DNA of 64,000 bases from contig NC_042999.1 in the NCBI RefSeq assembly GCF_006345805.1, forward strand, positions 19,778,001 through 19,842,000, read 5' to 3'. The translations under genes and the position numbers were made by a program. Positions 1 to 11,982 of the stretch are shown one piece after another; position 1 is the first letter of the stretch; each line of letters starts with the position of its first letter. The notes beneath the pieces are model-generated. The model worked only from the letters and a program-made list of their open reading frames with translations, was not told the DNA's origin and ran no database searches. The stretch comes from Octopus sinensis (taxonomy: Eukaryota).

Positions 1-129
1 AATTTATCGACCCCAAAAGGATGAAAGGCAATGTCGACCAAGGCAGAATTTGAACTCAGAACGTAACGGCAGACGAATTACGGCTACGCATTCCGCCCGG
101 CGTGCTAACGTTTCTGCCAGCTCGCCGCC
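1..129 (-). mobile_element. tRNA-derived SINE family B (Meta/MESC-like body), 5' part
   Basis: Head ggcggcgagctggcagaaacgttag, B-box gagttcaaattc, body ggtcgac..tgcctttcatcctt..ggggtcgataaatt. Same family at 8952, 11983, 22167, 32561 and 39250. Confidence 0.85.
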
Positions 130-199
130 GCACTGTCATAAAAAATATAACCACTACAATCATTATCAACAACATATTAGAAAATGAAATGTTTCTCAC

Positions 200-349
200 C
201 AGAATAATTACTGTAAATTGCTACAGTATTAAATCTGTATGTGTTTCTAAATTGTATTCTAATTTGAGGTTTCACTGCAATTTGATTATGAGAGGAAAAT
301 AAATGCGAATAATTATTCCTCTCGTTCTGTATAAATTCATGATATTTCC
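200..349 (-). CDS. Internal exon (150 nt, phase 1-1) of host gene: KYHEFIQNERNNYSHLFSSHNQIAVKPQIRIQFRNTYRFNTVAIYSNYS
   Basis: Acceptor tttttcgttatattcAG, donor GTGAGA. Length divisible by 3 and open in the frame continuing from the 1063-1200 exon. Confidence 0.65.
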
Positions 350-546
350 CTGAATATAACGAAAAAGATAATTTTAGATTATTAAATTGAAAAATCGAAA
401 AATGAAAACAAACATCAAATAACTTAAGAAAATATTCAGAGGGGTAATGGTATATTTTTGCTAACAAAAGTGATATTCACATTTGAATTACAACAAATAT
501 TAAGGTTAAGAAGGTAGACATTTTCTTTCACTGTAGAAAAAAAAAA

Positions 547-814
547 CGTCGCCCTTTTCAAGCCTAGCCAGGTTCATGGGTCCGGTTTCCCTATTTTTGT
601 GGCGTATGTGTTCCCCCCAAGGAACAAGAAGAGAGAGTGAGAGAAAGGTGTGGCGAAAGAATACAACAGGGGTCGCCACCACCCCTGCCGGAGCATCGTG
701 AAGCTTTTAGGTGCTTTCGCTTTTAAAAACACACAACGCCCGATTTGGGAATCGAAACCGCGATCCTCTGACCGCAAGACCGCTGCCCTAACCACTGGGC
801 CATTGCGCCTCCAC
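547..814 (-). mobile_element. tRNA-derived SINE family C
   Basis: Head gtggaggcgcaatggcccagtggttag...ggtttcgattccc. Second copy at 21818-22115. Confidence 0.8.
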
Positions 815-1062
815 AATGAAGTCTTAAGGGGCATATATTTCCTTATATTCAGAAGGCCTTAATATTTTCCCATGTCTTACTTAAAATTTCGATTTAGTCA
901 GAATGAAAATGTTGAGAGTGAAATTCATGCTTTAAACAATTGTATTTATTATCAGAAATACGTGCCTGTATCTTCGGTCAACCCAGTTTTAAGGAAATTA
1001 CAATTTAAACAGAATATATATAAGAAGATAATCTTCAGTAATCCTGCTATTGCTTTACTTAC

Positions 1063-1200
1063 TTCTTTGGCAATATGGCAATTTATATCCAAGTGAGCAT
1101 CCTCTTTCACATTCACTAAGGATCCGGAAGCCACAGTCAGTAATGTTTTTACAGTGACACTGGAACTTTTGGTCTTTTCCAAATAAGTCAGTTCCGTAAT
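1063..1200 (-). CDS. EGF-like exon (138 nt, phase 1-1): YGTDLFGKDQKFQCHCKNITDCGFRILSECERGCSLGYKLPYCQR; MEGF/SCARF-type repeat
   Basis: Acceptor tgttttatctttctaaAG, donor GTAAGT. Pattern FG..x.F.CHC...C...C..GC..G...P.CQ typical of molluscan multiple-EGF proteins. This frame is not in the ORF track. Confidence 0.8.
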
Positions 1201-1494
1201 CTTTAGAAAGATAAAACACCAACAATATCTCAAAATTTCTTTCAACAATTCATAAAATTTATTTCGTTCATATTAATCTTTAGATTAACATAGGGTGAAG
1301 ATTCATACCTTATAAAGAACAAACTCAATGATGAGAACTAAATCAATCTACGTATTTACTTCTACGATGCTCTTCTATCTACTTTTAACATTAATTTATT
1401 ATACATCGCATAATTTTGGTCTCAGACATATAAAGGATATGACAATGAGGGAATAAGAAATACATATTCTGAGGTTTTAAGTTTATTTACATTA

Positions 1495-1902
1495 GGTGCA
1501 GGAGTGGCTGTGTGGTATGTAGCTTGCTTACCAGCCACATGGTTCCGGGTTCAGTCCCACTGCGTGGCATCTTGGGCAAGTGTCTTCTAATATAGCCCCG
1601 GGCCGACCAATGCCTTGTGAGTGGATTTGGTAGACGGAAACTGAAAGAAGCCTGTCGTATATATGTATATATATATATGTATGTGTGTGTATATGTTTGT
1701 GTGTGTGTTTGTCCCCCTAGCATTGCTTGACAACCGATGCTGGTGTGTTTACGTACCCGTCACTTAGCGGTTCGGCAAAAGGGACCGATAGAATAAGTAC
1801 TGGGCTTACAAAGAATAAGTCCCGGGGTCGATTTGCTCGACTAAGGGCGGTGCTCCAGCATGGCCGCAGTGAAATGACTGAAACAAGTAAAAGAGTAAGA
1901 GT
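1495..1902 (+). mobile_element. tRNA-derived SINE family A (CORE-like ccttgggcaag box, internal TA/TG microsatellite)
   Basis: A-box tggctgtgtggta, B-box gggttcagtccc, (gtaaaaga)n tail. About nine copies in the window. Confidence 0.9.
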
Positions 1903-2230
1903 ATTTCCCTAATATCTAAAGACTCATTTTTTAATGACTCTTGTTATTTAGACATCACTCAATGATTAAAGGCTTTACATTCCGTTTCTACATTATCCAG
2001 TGCATCCATTTCTTTCTAAGAACTGTAGGGTATGATTTCAGTAGTTTGACCAACGACGGAGAGGGGCCATTTATCAGCTTAGACTTCTAGGTTTTCATTA
2101 TTTGTTCTAATCTTCTTGAAATATTGAAGTTCTAAAATATTTAAGAGGTTCCTTCCATTTGACTTTTTTTTGCCATAGGGGACTCATATTGGGATATTTG
2201 AAAATTGAACATCCATAGAGGAGAACACAC

Positions 2231-2302
<72 letters not shown>

Positions 2303-2807
2303 ATCAATATAAGGGTAGCAAAAAATTCAATAGAAATTTTTTTGGCCACCAGCGGTCCAGTGAGAAAGAGAAAATAGTCACAGACTGTATATATATAATT
2401 TCAACAATATTAAGGAATGGCCCTGATAGGCCATTCGACTCACTAGAAAGAGCAGCCAAAGCTCAAACCGCTAAATAGTAGTAATTCAGAAATCAAAGGA
2501 AAATTAAAACATTTACCCTAATCATCCTTGGACAATGCATTGTTTCGACGTACTTTTGGCAAACTAGCCTAATTAAATTAAATTAAATTTAATCAAGTCA
2601 ATCTACCACTGGCTTGTCTCATCGGCAAGAAGGCCAGGAGGAATAAATATTCCACGAGGCAGCTTCATCGATGCTTCGGGAATATATACTCTAAATTTTC
2701 AAAATCTACCGTAATCGCGCCAACTTATCAGCAGCAAATATAAACTGCTGATTTAATTTCAGAATTAGTTAAAAAATCATTAATTAATCAATATAAGGGT
2801 ATTGTTG

Positions 2808-2868
<61 letters not shown>

Positions 2869-3252
2869 TATATATATATATGTCTTCAAACCTTGTTGAG
2901 AATTGACTACCCCGATATGATAAATTTGTCAACTGTTATTGCGTGGGGTTTAAATCTTGAAAGATGAGATTTAATTCTAAACTTTTACAAAGTCGAAAAT
3001 GCATACTTATATTGATAACCAGAACTAAATCAGAGCAAAAAGAAAAATTACAATTTAACATTTGGTATTATAATAGAAAACGTAACTCATGAATATTTCA
3101 CGAAATTAATGGTAAACCTATTGGATTATTTCTAAAAACTTCATCCAGAAAATCTGAAAACTTAGCTTGCATGTGTCTGTATGGAAAGAGTCATTCTCAT
3201 GGAAAAGTGAAAGAAATTGGAATACGATGATTATTTAATGCACTTTATATAA

Positions 3253-3305
<53 letters not shown>

Positions 3306-3307
<2 letters not shown>

Positions 3308-3700
3308 CGCAGGAGTGGCTGTGTGGTAAGTAGCTTGCTTACCAGCCACATAGTTCCAGGTTCAATACCACTGCGTGGCATCTTGGGCAAGTGCCTTCTA
3401 CTATAGCCTCGGGCCGACCATGTCTTGTGAGTGGATTTGGTAGATGGAAATATGTATATGTATGTATGTATGTGTGTGTGTGTTTGTGTGTCTGTGTTTG
3501 TCCCCCTAGCATTGCTTGACAACCGATGCTGGTGCGTTTATGTCTCCGTCACTTAGCGGTTCGGCAAAAGAGACCGATAGAATAAGTACTAGGCTTACAA
3601 AGAATAAGTCCCGGGGTCGATTTGCTCAACTAAGGGCGGTGCTCTAGCATAGCCGCAGTCAAATGACTGAAACAAGTAAAAGAGTAAAGAGTAAAGAGTA
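3306..3700 (+). mobile_element. SINE family A
   Basis: Same head, body and tail as 1495-1902. Confidence 0.9.
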
Positions 3701-3996
3701 TATTATTCAAAGAAATTCCAAACTTGTTTTTTTATGTTTTATTTATATTCTTTATAATATTAATGTAGAATATAGAATATATAGTATAAATAGTATATAT
3801 AGTAAAATGAAATGAAGTATTGATTGTCTTATTGAATAGATGAAATATTGAAATATTGAATATAAAATATTAAGGGACTAGTATACTTTCTTGCATTAAA
3901 GCAGTCTTCAAAGTCTCAGGTTGTGACAAGATTGTTTCAACTGTCATATATATATATATATATATATATACATACACACACACACACATATATATA

Positions 3997-4069
<73 letters not shown>

Positions 4070-4070
<1 letters not shown>

Positions 4071-4270
4071 AAGTTAATCCAAACATGAAAGCACAAAAAA
4101 ACACAACAACGCGAGGACGTAGAACAAATATAATATTATTGGACGCTCAGGAAAGAAGGAAAGAAGGAGAGTTTAACGTTTCGAGCTGTGATCTTCGTCG
4201 GAAACATAGGAGAAGGAAAGATCCAGAGAAGGGAAGACAGAGGAAAAAAAATCGCCAACGGTAAACACTA
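4070..4270 (-). mobile_element. (TA)n-abutting Penelope-type fragment with degenerate minimal hammerhead at 4171-4205
   Basis: Minus strand gttt-CCGACGA-A-GATC-aca-GCTC-GAAAC-GTT-aaac. Confidence 0.6.
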
Positions 4271-4271
4271 G

Positions 4272-4735
4272 TGAATATTCGCAATAAATATCACCACCAG
4301 TGGCCTAGCATGTATAAATAGTCAATAGACAACATATTCATATTTTAAAATAGTATACAATTAAACACAAAGGAAAACTACCCTTTAACAGGTAATTTTT
4401 ACATGCTAGAAATAGCAACCAACACAGCCAAAACCACGATTTAATAGCAATTTTCGAAGTAAATGAAAAATATAAACTTTTGCCTTGTTATTTTTCGGTT
4501 ATAACCGCTAAAAAAAATAACAAGGTAAAAGTTTGTATTTTCCATTTACTTCGAAAATTGCTATAAAATCGTTGTTTTGGCCGTGTTGGCTGCTATCTCT
4601 AGCATGTAAAAATTACCTGTTAATGGACAGTTTTCTCTTGTTCTTAAATGTACACTATTTTAATATATGAATATGTTGTCTATTGACTATTTATACATGC
4701 TAGGCCACTGGTGGTGATATTTATAATGAATATTC
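4272..4735. mobile_element. Foldback MITE-like palindrome, ~230-bp arms
   Basis: gaatattcgcaataaatatcaccaccagtggcctagcatg... mirrored by ...catgctaggccactggtggtgatatttataatgaatattc. Centre cggttataaccg. Partial copy at ~5010-5145. Confidence 0.8.
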
Positions 4736-5146
4736 GCTACCCTACATATGTATCTTATGAATATGTTCTTAGCATTCTCGAAGATTCATCTCAGCATTAT
4801 ATTTATTGCCGACTGTAAATGCGCCTGCGCGCGGAATTTTGAAAAATTATAACATATAATGACGGGACGTGTTATCTTGTCTCTGAATTATAAGTTAGTT
4901 ATTGAGGCCGGTTACTGACGAGAATTCGCCTGGCGGATAATATTGTTTTGCTAAATTACCTATTAAAGGATGGCAAATAATCTTATTTGCTAAAGAAATT
5001 CGAAACCATGGTATAACCGCTAATAAAAATAACAAGGTAAAAGTTGTTATTTTTCATTTACTTCGAAAATTGCTATTAAATCGTATTAAAGGCTAGTTTT
5101 CTTTTTTGCTTAAATGTACACTATTTTGAAATATGAATATGTTGTC

Positions 5147-5208
<62 letters not shown>

Positions 5209-6004
5209 TATATATACACACTTCACATACTTTATGCACAATTTTATAGACTTAATACACGTACTCATAAAATAGCATGAAATAAATATCCACTTATTCT
5301 TTCATCTTTCCAATAAACAAACAAACAAAAAACATATCCCTTACATATGATAAAGCTTTAGTTAAATTCCATATATCTGCGAGAATATTTCACGGGATTT
5401 CACATATGCGCATGCGTTAAGTGATAGATGATATAAAAATTTTCAATTAAAAAAATACACTTTTCATTATCCAATCCCCAGTGCCACCTCTAACACCATC
5501 ACTACCACCATCTTTCTCTTCCTATCTCTTTTCCTCCTCTCTCCCTCCCCCTCTCTCTGTTCATTTCTTTGACCTCATCATCAGAACATCCCCCCTCTGC
5601 TAAAATTATATTTTTAACTCTCCTCTTCTATATCCTCACTCTCTTCCACTAACTTTTTCAACCACGTAATAAATATTATATTCACCCTACCTCACGTCAT
5701 TGACACTTCTCTGTTCCTTTTTTCTCTCTCCGTCATTTTTCTCCCTCTTTCTGTCTCATTCTTCATTTTATCCTCTTTTTCTTTCATCGTTTTCTTTTTC
5801 CTCTCTTTCCCTTCAACTAATTACATGAAAACGTTACATTTACATTCTCTCTACCTCACGTCACAGATGCTTCTCTCCCTCTTTTTATCTCTCACTCTTT
5901 TCTTTCTCCCTTTTTTTTCTCTAATCACATGAAAGCGTTACCGACAAGCTAAGTAACGGAATGACAAGTAGAATTATTATAAAATTTATTTCCGATTTTT
6001 GAAA

Positions 6005-6408
6005 GGCGCAGGAGTGGCTGTGTGGTAAGTAACTTGCTAACCAACCACATGGTTCCGGGTTCAGTCCCACTGCGTGGCATCTTGGGCAAGTGTCTTCTGC
6101 TATAGCCCCGGGCCCACCAATGCCTTGTGAGTGGATTTGGTAGACGGAAACTGAAAGAAGCCTGTCGTATATATGTACATATATATGTATGTGTGTGTTT
6201 CTGTGACTGTGTTTGTTCCCCTAGCATTGCTTGACAACCGATGCTGGTGTGTTTACGTCCCCGTCACTAAGCGGTTCGGCAAAAGAGAACGATAGAATAA
6301 GTACTGGGCTTACAAAGAATAAGTCCCGGGGTCGATTTGCTCAACTAAAGGCGGTGCTCCGGCATGGCCGCAGTCAAAATGACTGAAACAAGTAAAAGAG
6401 TAAAAGAG
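6005..6408 (+). mobile_element. SINE family A
   Basis: Full head-body-tail match to other copies. Confidence 0.9.
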
Positions 6409-6484
6409 TTACATTTTGTAGAAATGTGTGACCAATAAAAAAAACTTTCCAAATGTCTTCTGCTTAAAATTAGATAATAGTTAC

Positions 6485-6538
6485 CAATTAATATGTATTT
6501 TTCCTTATGATATACTCCACATAACTCCCTGGCTTCTT
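6485..6538 (-). CDS. Small exon (54 nt, phase 1-1): EARELCGVYHKEKYILI
   Basis: Acceptor tgtgtccttttcAG, donor GTAACT. Open in the frame joining the neighbouring exons. Confidence 0.45.
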
Positions 6539-6616
6539 CTGAAAAGGACACATCGTGGTTCTCCCTTGTTTTTACACTGATGACAATTTACAGAATTATA
6601 ACCAGTGTATATATAT

Positions 6617-7010
6617 CTCTTTTACTTGTTTCAGTCATTTTGACTGCAGCCATGCTGGAGCACCGCCTTTACTCGAGCAAATCGACCCCGGGACTTATTC
6701 TTTGTAAGCTTAGTACTTATTCTATCGGTCTCTTGCCGAACCGCTAAGAGACGGGGACGTAAACACACCAGCATCGGTTGTCAAGCAATGCTAGGGGGAC
6801 AAACACAGACACACAAACACACACATACATATATATATATACATATATACGACAGGCTTCTTTCAGTTTCCGTCTACCAAATCCACTCACAAGGAATTGG
6901 TCGGCCCGGGGCTATAGCAGAAGACACGTGCCCAAGATGCCACGCAGTGGGACTGAACCCGGAACCATGTGGTTGGTTAGCAAGCTACTTACCACACAGC
7001 CACTTCTGCG

Positions 7011-7012
<2 letters not shown>
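6617..7012 (-). mobile_element. SINE family A
   Basis: Reverse complement of the family A consensus. Confidence 0.9.
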
Positions 7013-7049
<37 letters not shown>

Positions 7050-7268
7050 ATATATATATATATGAACATACACGTAATTATACATAAAAAACGTAATTAT
7101 ATATAACAGCGCGCACAGCAAAAACACACAGTATACCACAGAATATCACATTCTATCAAAGGATTACTAAACTGTTAAAGGATGATGAATGATACAAAAT
7201 ATGAGAATAAGAGCTGCATTCTGTTATATTAATTGATATTAAAATACGATTGATACTTATACACTTAC

Positions 7269-7355
7269 CAAGATTTCTGAAACATGTACTTTTACAGGAA
7301 TCTTCTCCTCTCTTATCATCTGCGACGCAATCTCCTTGGGTGTCATTGCACTGGA
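7269..7355 (-). CDS. Cys-rich exon (87 nt, phase 1-1): QCNDTQGDCVADDKRGEDSCKSTCFRNL
   Basis: Acceptor tttttcattatatctaAG, donor GTAAGT. Open frame with four Cys. Confidence 0.55.
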
Positions 7356-8951
7356 CTTAGATATAATGAAAAATAGAAATCTTTAAGAAGATATAATGTG
7401 TGACATTTCAGAAATCTAGAGAATAAAAGGATGTGATATTTATGTTTTTCTCGGCGATATTAATGCCTTTTCTTGAAACATATTTTAGTGAGAATGAAAA
7501 CCAGACGTAAACGTTTCAATAAAATCAAGGAAAGAAACCTTACCGTCGTGATCATAATTAATGTTATAATATCATAATCATATAAATTCTACAAAACTTA
7601 TGCAATAAAATACAGTAAATAGTGGTTTCCATTAGATTTAGAACCGGAGAAAAGAAGCAAGAAAGATAGGATTTGGTAACGATGAGTTAAATATGATTAG
7701 AGCAGTTTTTGTTAGATATCGTAAAGATATTCACAAACTTAACGGACTTCATTCATTCTTCATCTTACGTTGTACATGAAATATTTGGATAAATTTAGGG
7801 ATATGAACCCAACTAGGACGATGCATACGCATAACTTTTCTGCAATATATACTCATTTCTATTTAGTTCTGGTAGAAAAATATAAATATCCAACTTCATC
7901 GATTTAGTTTAAACCAGGTATCAGAAAACTTTCTAGAGAAGGATATAAGGATCATCATCAGGCGAGTCACACTACTAAAAAGTAAGTAATTTCTTGTTGG
8001 ACGTGCCATTCCGAAAGTTCCGCGGGCATTAGTTTGGCCACAACTGTTTTAAATTTACATAAATATACGATAAAATATGTTTACTAGTAAATAAAGAAGA
8101 TAATCTAAAAGAGTTAATAAAGTTAGTATAATATAATATGATACGATATAATATAATATAATATAATATATATTTCAATAATAAATCTCAGAGCGAGTTA
8201 TAAACAGTAGCTACAACACATCGTGACGTATATTTGTCATTTTCCTAAGAAACGACAAATATGCAAAAGAAATGGACAGCAATGACCGCAACGGAATTGC
8301 TTCTAACTTGTCTAAATACTTTACAAGCAAACGAAATATATATAGCGACGTATATTTGCCATATAAATATGGCTAACCCCTAAGAGTGGATGCTACTGTA
8401 GTTTGTAGCCCCAGGAGGACATCTCCTCCAGCTGGCCATACACACACTTTCTGTGCCCTATCAGTATTTGCAAATATATTTCGTTTGCTAGTAAAGTATT
8501 TAGAAAAGTTAGAAGCAATTCCGTTGGGGTCATTGCTGTTCATTTATTTTGCATATTTGTCGTTTCTTAGGAATTTATAGAAAAGGAAGAAATTAAGTTG
8601 AATTAAAGAGCTTTGCGCCTGTTATAGATGTACATATGATATTTTCGTTCCAAATTTTAGTTTTTAATGAATGATTTTTATTTACAGCTCACTCTAGGGG
8701 TTTTGAGACTAGCATGAGTGGCAAAGAAGTTAATGAGATAAATTATCTAGATGGTTCGAGTAAGATTTGGTACAAATTTATATTTTCTAATTTTTATTTC
8801 TTAGTCATTAGACTGCGGCCAAACTGGAGCACCGCCTTGTAGAATCTTAGCGGACGAAACGACCCCAGTACTTTTTTAAAGTTTGGTACTATTCTATCGT
8901 CAAATAGACTACGACAGTATATGTACATGTGTGTATGTGTGTGTATACCTG

Positions 8952-9366
8952 TTTCTTTACTATCCACAAGGGGGCTAAACACACAGAGGACAAACAAGGA
9001 CAGACAAACGGATTAAGTCGATTGTATCGACCCCAGTGCGTAACTAGTACTTATTTAACCGACGCCGAAAGGATGAAAAGCAAAGTCGACCTCGGCAGAA
9101 TTTGAACTCAGAACGTAGCGGCAGACGAAATACCTATTTCTTTATTACCCACAAGGGGCTAAACATAGAGGGGACAAACATGGACAGACATAGGTATTAA
9201 GTCGATTATATCGACCCCAGTGCTTAACTGGTACTTAATTTATCGACCCCGAAAGGATGAAAGGTAAAGTCGACCTCGGCGGAATTTGAACTCACAACGT
9301 AACGGCAGACGAAATACCGCTAAGCATTTCGCCCGACGTGCTAACGATTCTGCTAGCTTGCCGCCT

Positions 9367-9410
<44 letters not shown>

Positions 9411-9863
9411 CTAGCTGTATACATTTCGCCCGGCGTGCTAATGTTTTTTATTTCTTTATTGCCGACAAGGGGCTAAACATAGAGGGGACAAACAAGAACA
9501 GACAAATGGATTAAGTCGATTACATTGGCCCCAGTGCGTAACTGGTACTTATTTAATCGACGCCGAAAGGATGAAAGGCAAAGTCCACCTAGGCAGAGTT
9601 TGAACTCAGAACGTAGCGGCAGGCGAAATACCTATTTCTTTACTACCCACAAGGGGCTAAACATAGAGGGGGCAAACAAGGACAGACAAAGGGATTAAGT
9701 CGATTATATTGGCCCCAGTGCGTAACTGGTACTTATTTAATCGACGTCGAAAGGATGAAAGGTAAAGTCGACCTCGGCGGAATTTGAACTCAGAGCGTAG
9801 CGGCAGACGACATACGGCTAAGCATTTCGCCCGGCGTGCTAACGATGCTGCCAGCTCGCCGCC
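8952..9863 (-). mobile_element. Two tandem dimers of SINE family B, each followed by (TG)n
   Basis: Four bodies. Heads end at ~9365 and ~9863, each followed by ttatgtgtg...tatactagct. Confidence 0.85.
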
Positions 9864-9870
9864 TTATGTG

Positions 9871-9901
<31 letters not shown>

Positions 9902-10383
9902 TGTGTGTGTGTGTGTATACTAGCTTTATAGGTGTATAGATGAATGTGTGTGAGGGTGTGTGACGTATGTGTAAGCTACGATATGTGTAGGAGCTGGTGG
10001 TGTCAGCTTGTCGGTGTGTAAGTGCATGTTTAGTAGAGGATGTGTACGCTAGAATGTGGGGTTTATGAGCCATGTGTGAGTACCTGTGTACACGTAACGA
10101 AGAATAGGGAAGAGAACTGCTATAGGTAATTGTTTCTCTACCAATTTGTGGAATTTGAATATTTAATTTCACTCAATGAATTAACCTCCATGTTTGTGCT
10201 ACTTACTGTACAACTCTGTATGTGTTCATGGCTGTATGTGTGCGCGCACGTACGTATGTGTGAGTGTGTATGAGTGCGTGTATAGTGGTGAATCATGACA
10301 TGGAGATATATATACGTTACATTTATGTATATGTAGCGTTAGAATTATATATATGTATATATACATATATATATATATACATG

Positions 10384-10489
<106 letters not shown>

Positions 10490-10523
10490 TATATATATAT
10501 ATATGTGTGTGTGTATATATATA

Positions 10524-10554
<31 letters not shown>

Positions 10555-10722
10555 GCCACTACACACTTTTTTTCTCTCCTTGTTTTTTCTGTGTCCCTTT
10601 CTGTAGAAGAGCGTAGGCTCGAAACGTAAAAGAGCTTTTCTATTCCTGAGCGTTATACTAATACATCTGTTTGTTTTGCACACCACCTGTTTTCGTATTT
10701 TGTTTGTTTTCGTAAACTCTCC
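10555..10722 (+). mobile_element. (TA)n-flanked Penelope-type fragment with hammerhead variant at 10597-10632
   Basis: cttt-CTGTAGA-A-GAGC-gtag-GCTC-GAAAC-GTA-aaag. Confidence 0.6.
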
Positions 10723-10723
10723 T

Positions 10724-10763
<40 letters not shown>

Positions 10764-10896
10764 CGTATGAAAAGTCTTGAGCCTCAAAAAACAAAACACG
10801 GTACCAGATTTCCGATAAAGGTACAAGACTTGGAGGCTCAAATCTTTTCATACACTCCTCGCATATATGTATATATATATATATGTGTGTGTGCTT

Positions 10897-10933
<37 letters not shown>

Positions 10934-10961
10934 TGTGTGTGTGGTGTGTGTGTGTGTGTGT

Positions 10962-10992
<31 letters not shown>

Positions 10993-11224
10993 TGTTCTGC
11001 AAAATATTTGTGCGAGGCGGATATTGTTGCAGGATGGAGCTGAGCCTATATTCTTCGTAGGTTTTCAAAGATCTACATGACTAACATGCCTTCTGAATAG
11101 TCAACATTTAAAAATAATTTCAGTTACATAGAAGGAATATTAGAAGGATATCGCCAAGAGCGTAGGAGTGAGCATATTGGCTATTTCGAGAGCTGAGGCG
11201 TAGAGTGGCTGTGTGGTAAGTATA

Positions 11225-11666
11225 GGCGTAGGAGTGGCAGTGTGGTAAGTTGCTTGCTTACCAACCACATGGTTCCGAGTTCAGTCCCACTGCGTGGCAC
11301 CTTGGGCAAGTGTCTTCTACTATAGCGTCGGGCCGACCAATGCTTTGTGAGTGGATTTGGTAGACGGAAACTGAAAGAAGCCCGTCGTATATATGTATAT
11401 ATATATATGTGTGCGTGTGTGTGTATATATATATATATATATATGTTTGTGTGTCTGTGTTTGTCCCCCAACATCGCTTGACAACCGATGCTGATGTGTT
11501 TACGTCCCCGTAACTTAGCGGTTCGGTAAAAGGAGCCCGATAGAATAAGTACTGGGCTTACAATGAATAAGTCCTGTGGTCGATTTGCTCGACTAAAGGC
11601 GGTGCTCCAGCATGGCCGCAGTCAAATGACTGAAACAAGTAAAAGAGTAAAAGAGTAAAAGAGAGA
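11225..11666 (+). mobile_element. SINE family A, preceded by partial head duplicates
   Basis: Consensus match. Extra ggcgtagagtggctgtgtggtaag immediately upstream. Confidence 0.9.
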
Positions 11667-11982
11667 GTATAGGATAAGCTAGTGTCAGTATGCATCATAA
11701 TAACATGGTGGAAACAATACTCCATTGTGGGCATTACTTGAGATTTATAGATAACATTGTATTAGCTTTGATTAGTAACTGTCATTTCCTATTTGATTCT
11801 ATCTCGAGATCAAAGGAAATTACTTCTGTTCCCTTCCTTCAAACTTTGCTTTTGTCATCTGGACATGATGTCCCCCTTCATTCTTTACATTTGCTAAGCA
11901 TCACTTGGAATACATCCGGTATTTGCCATTCCCTCACACAAAGAAAAACATTATGAGACTTGAAACACGCCGAAATTGAAAC

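Noticed and set aside
7544-7588. 45-nt candidate exon with a GTAAGG donor
   Set aside because: Has stop codons in the phase-1 frame required by the neighbouring exons.
7769-7856. Alternative first exon MSIYCRKVMRMHRPSW... with a GTAAGA donor
   Set aside because: Not signal-peptide-like, and the 20770-20842 exon fits better. It cannot be fully excluded.
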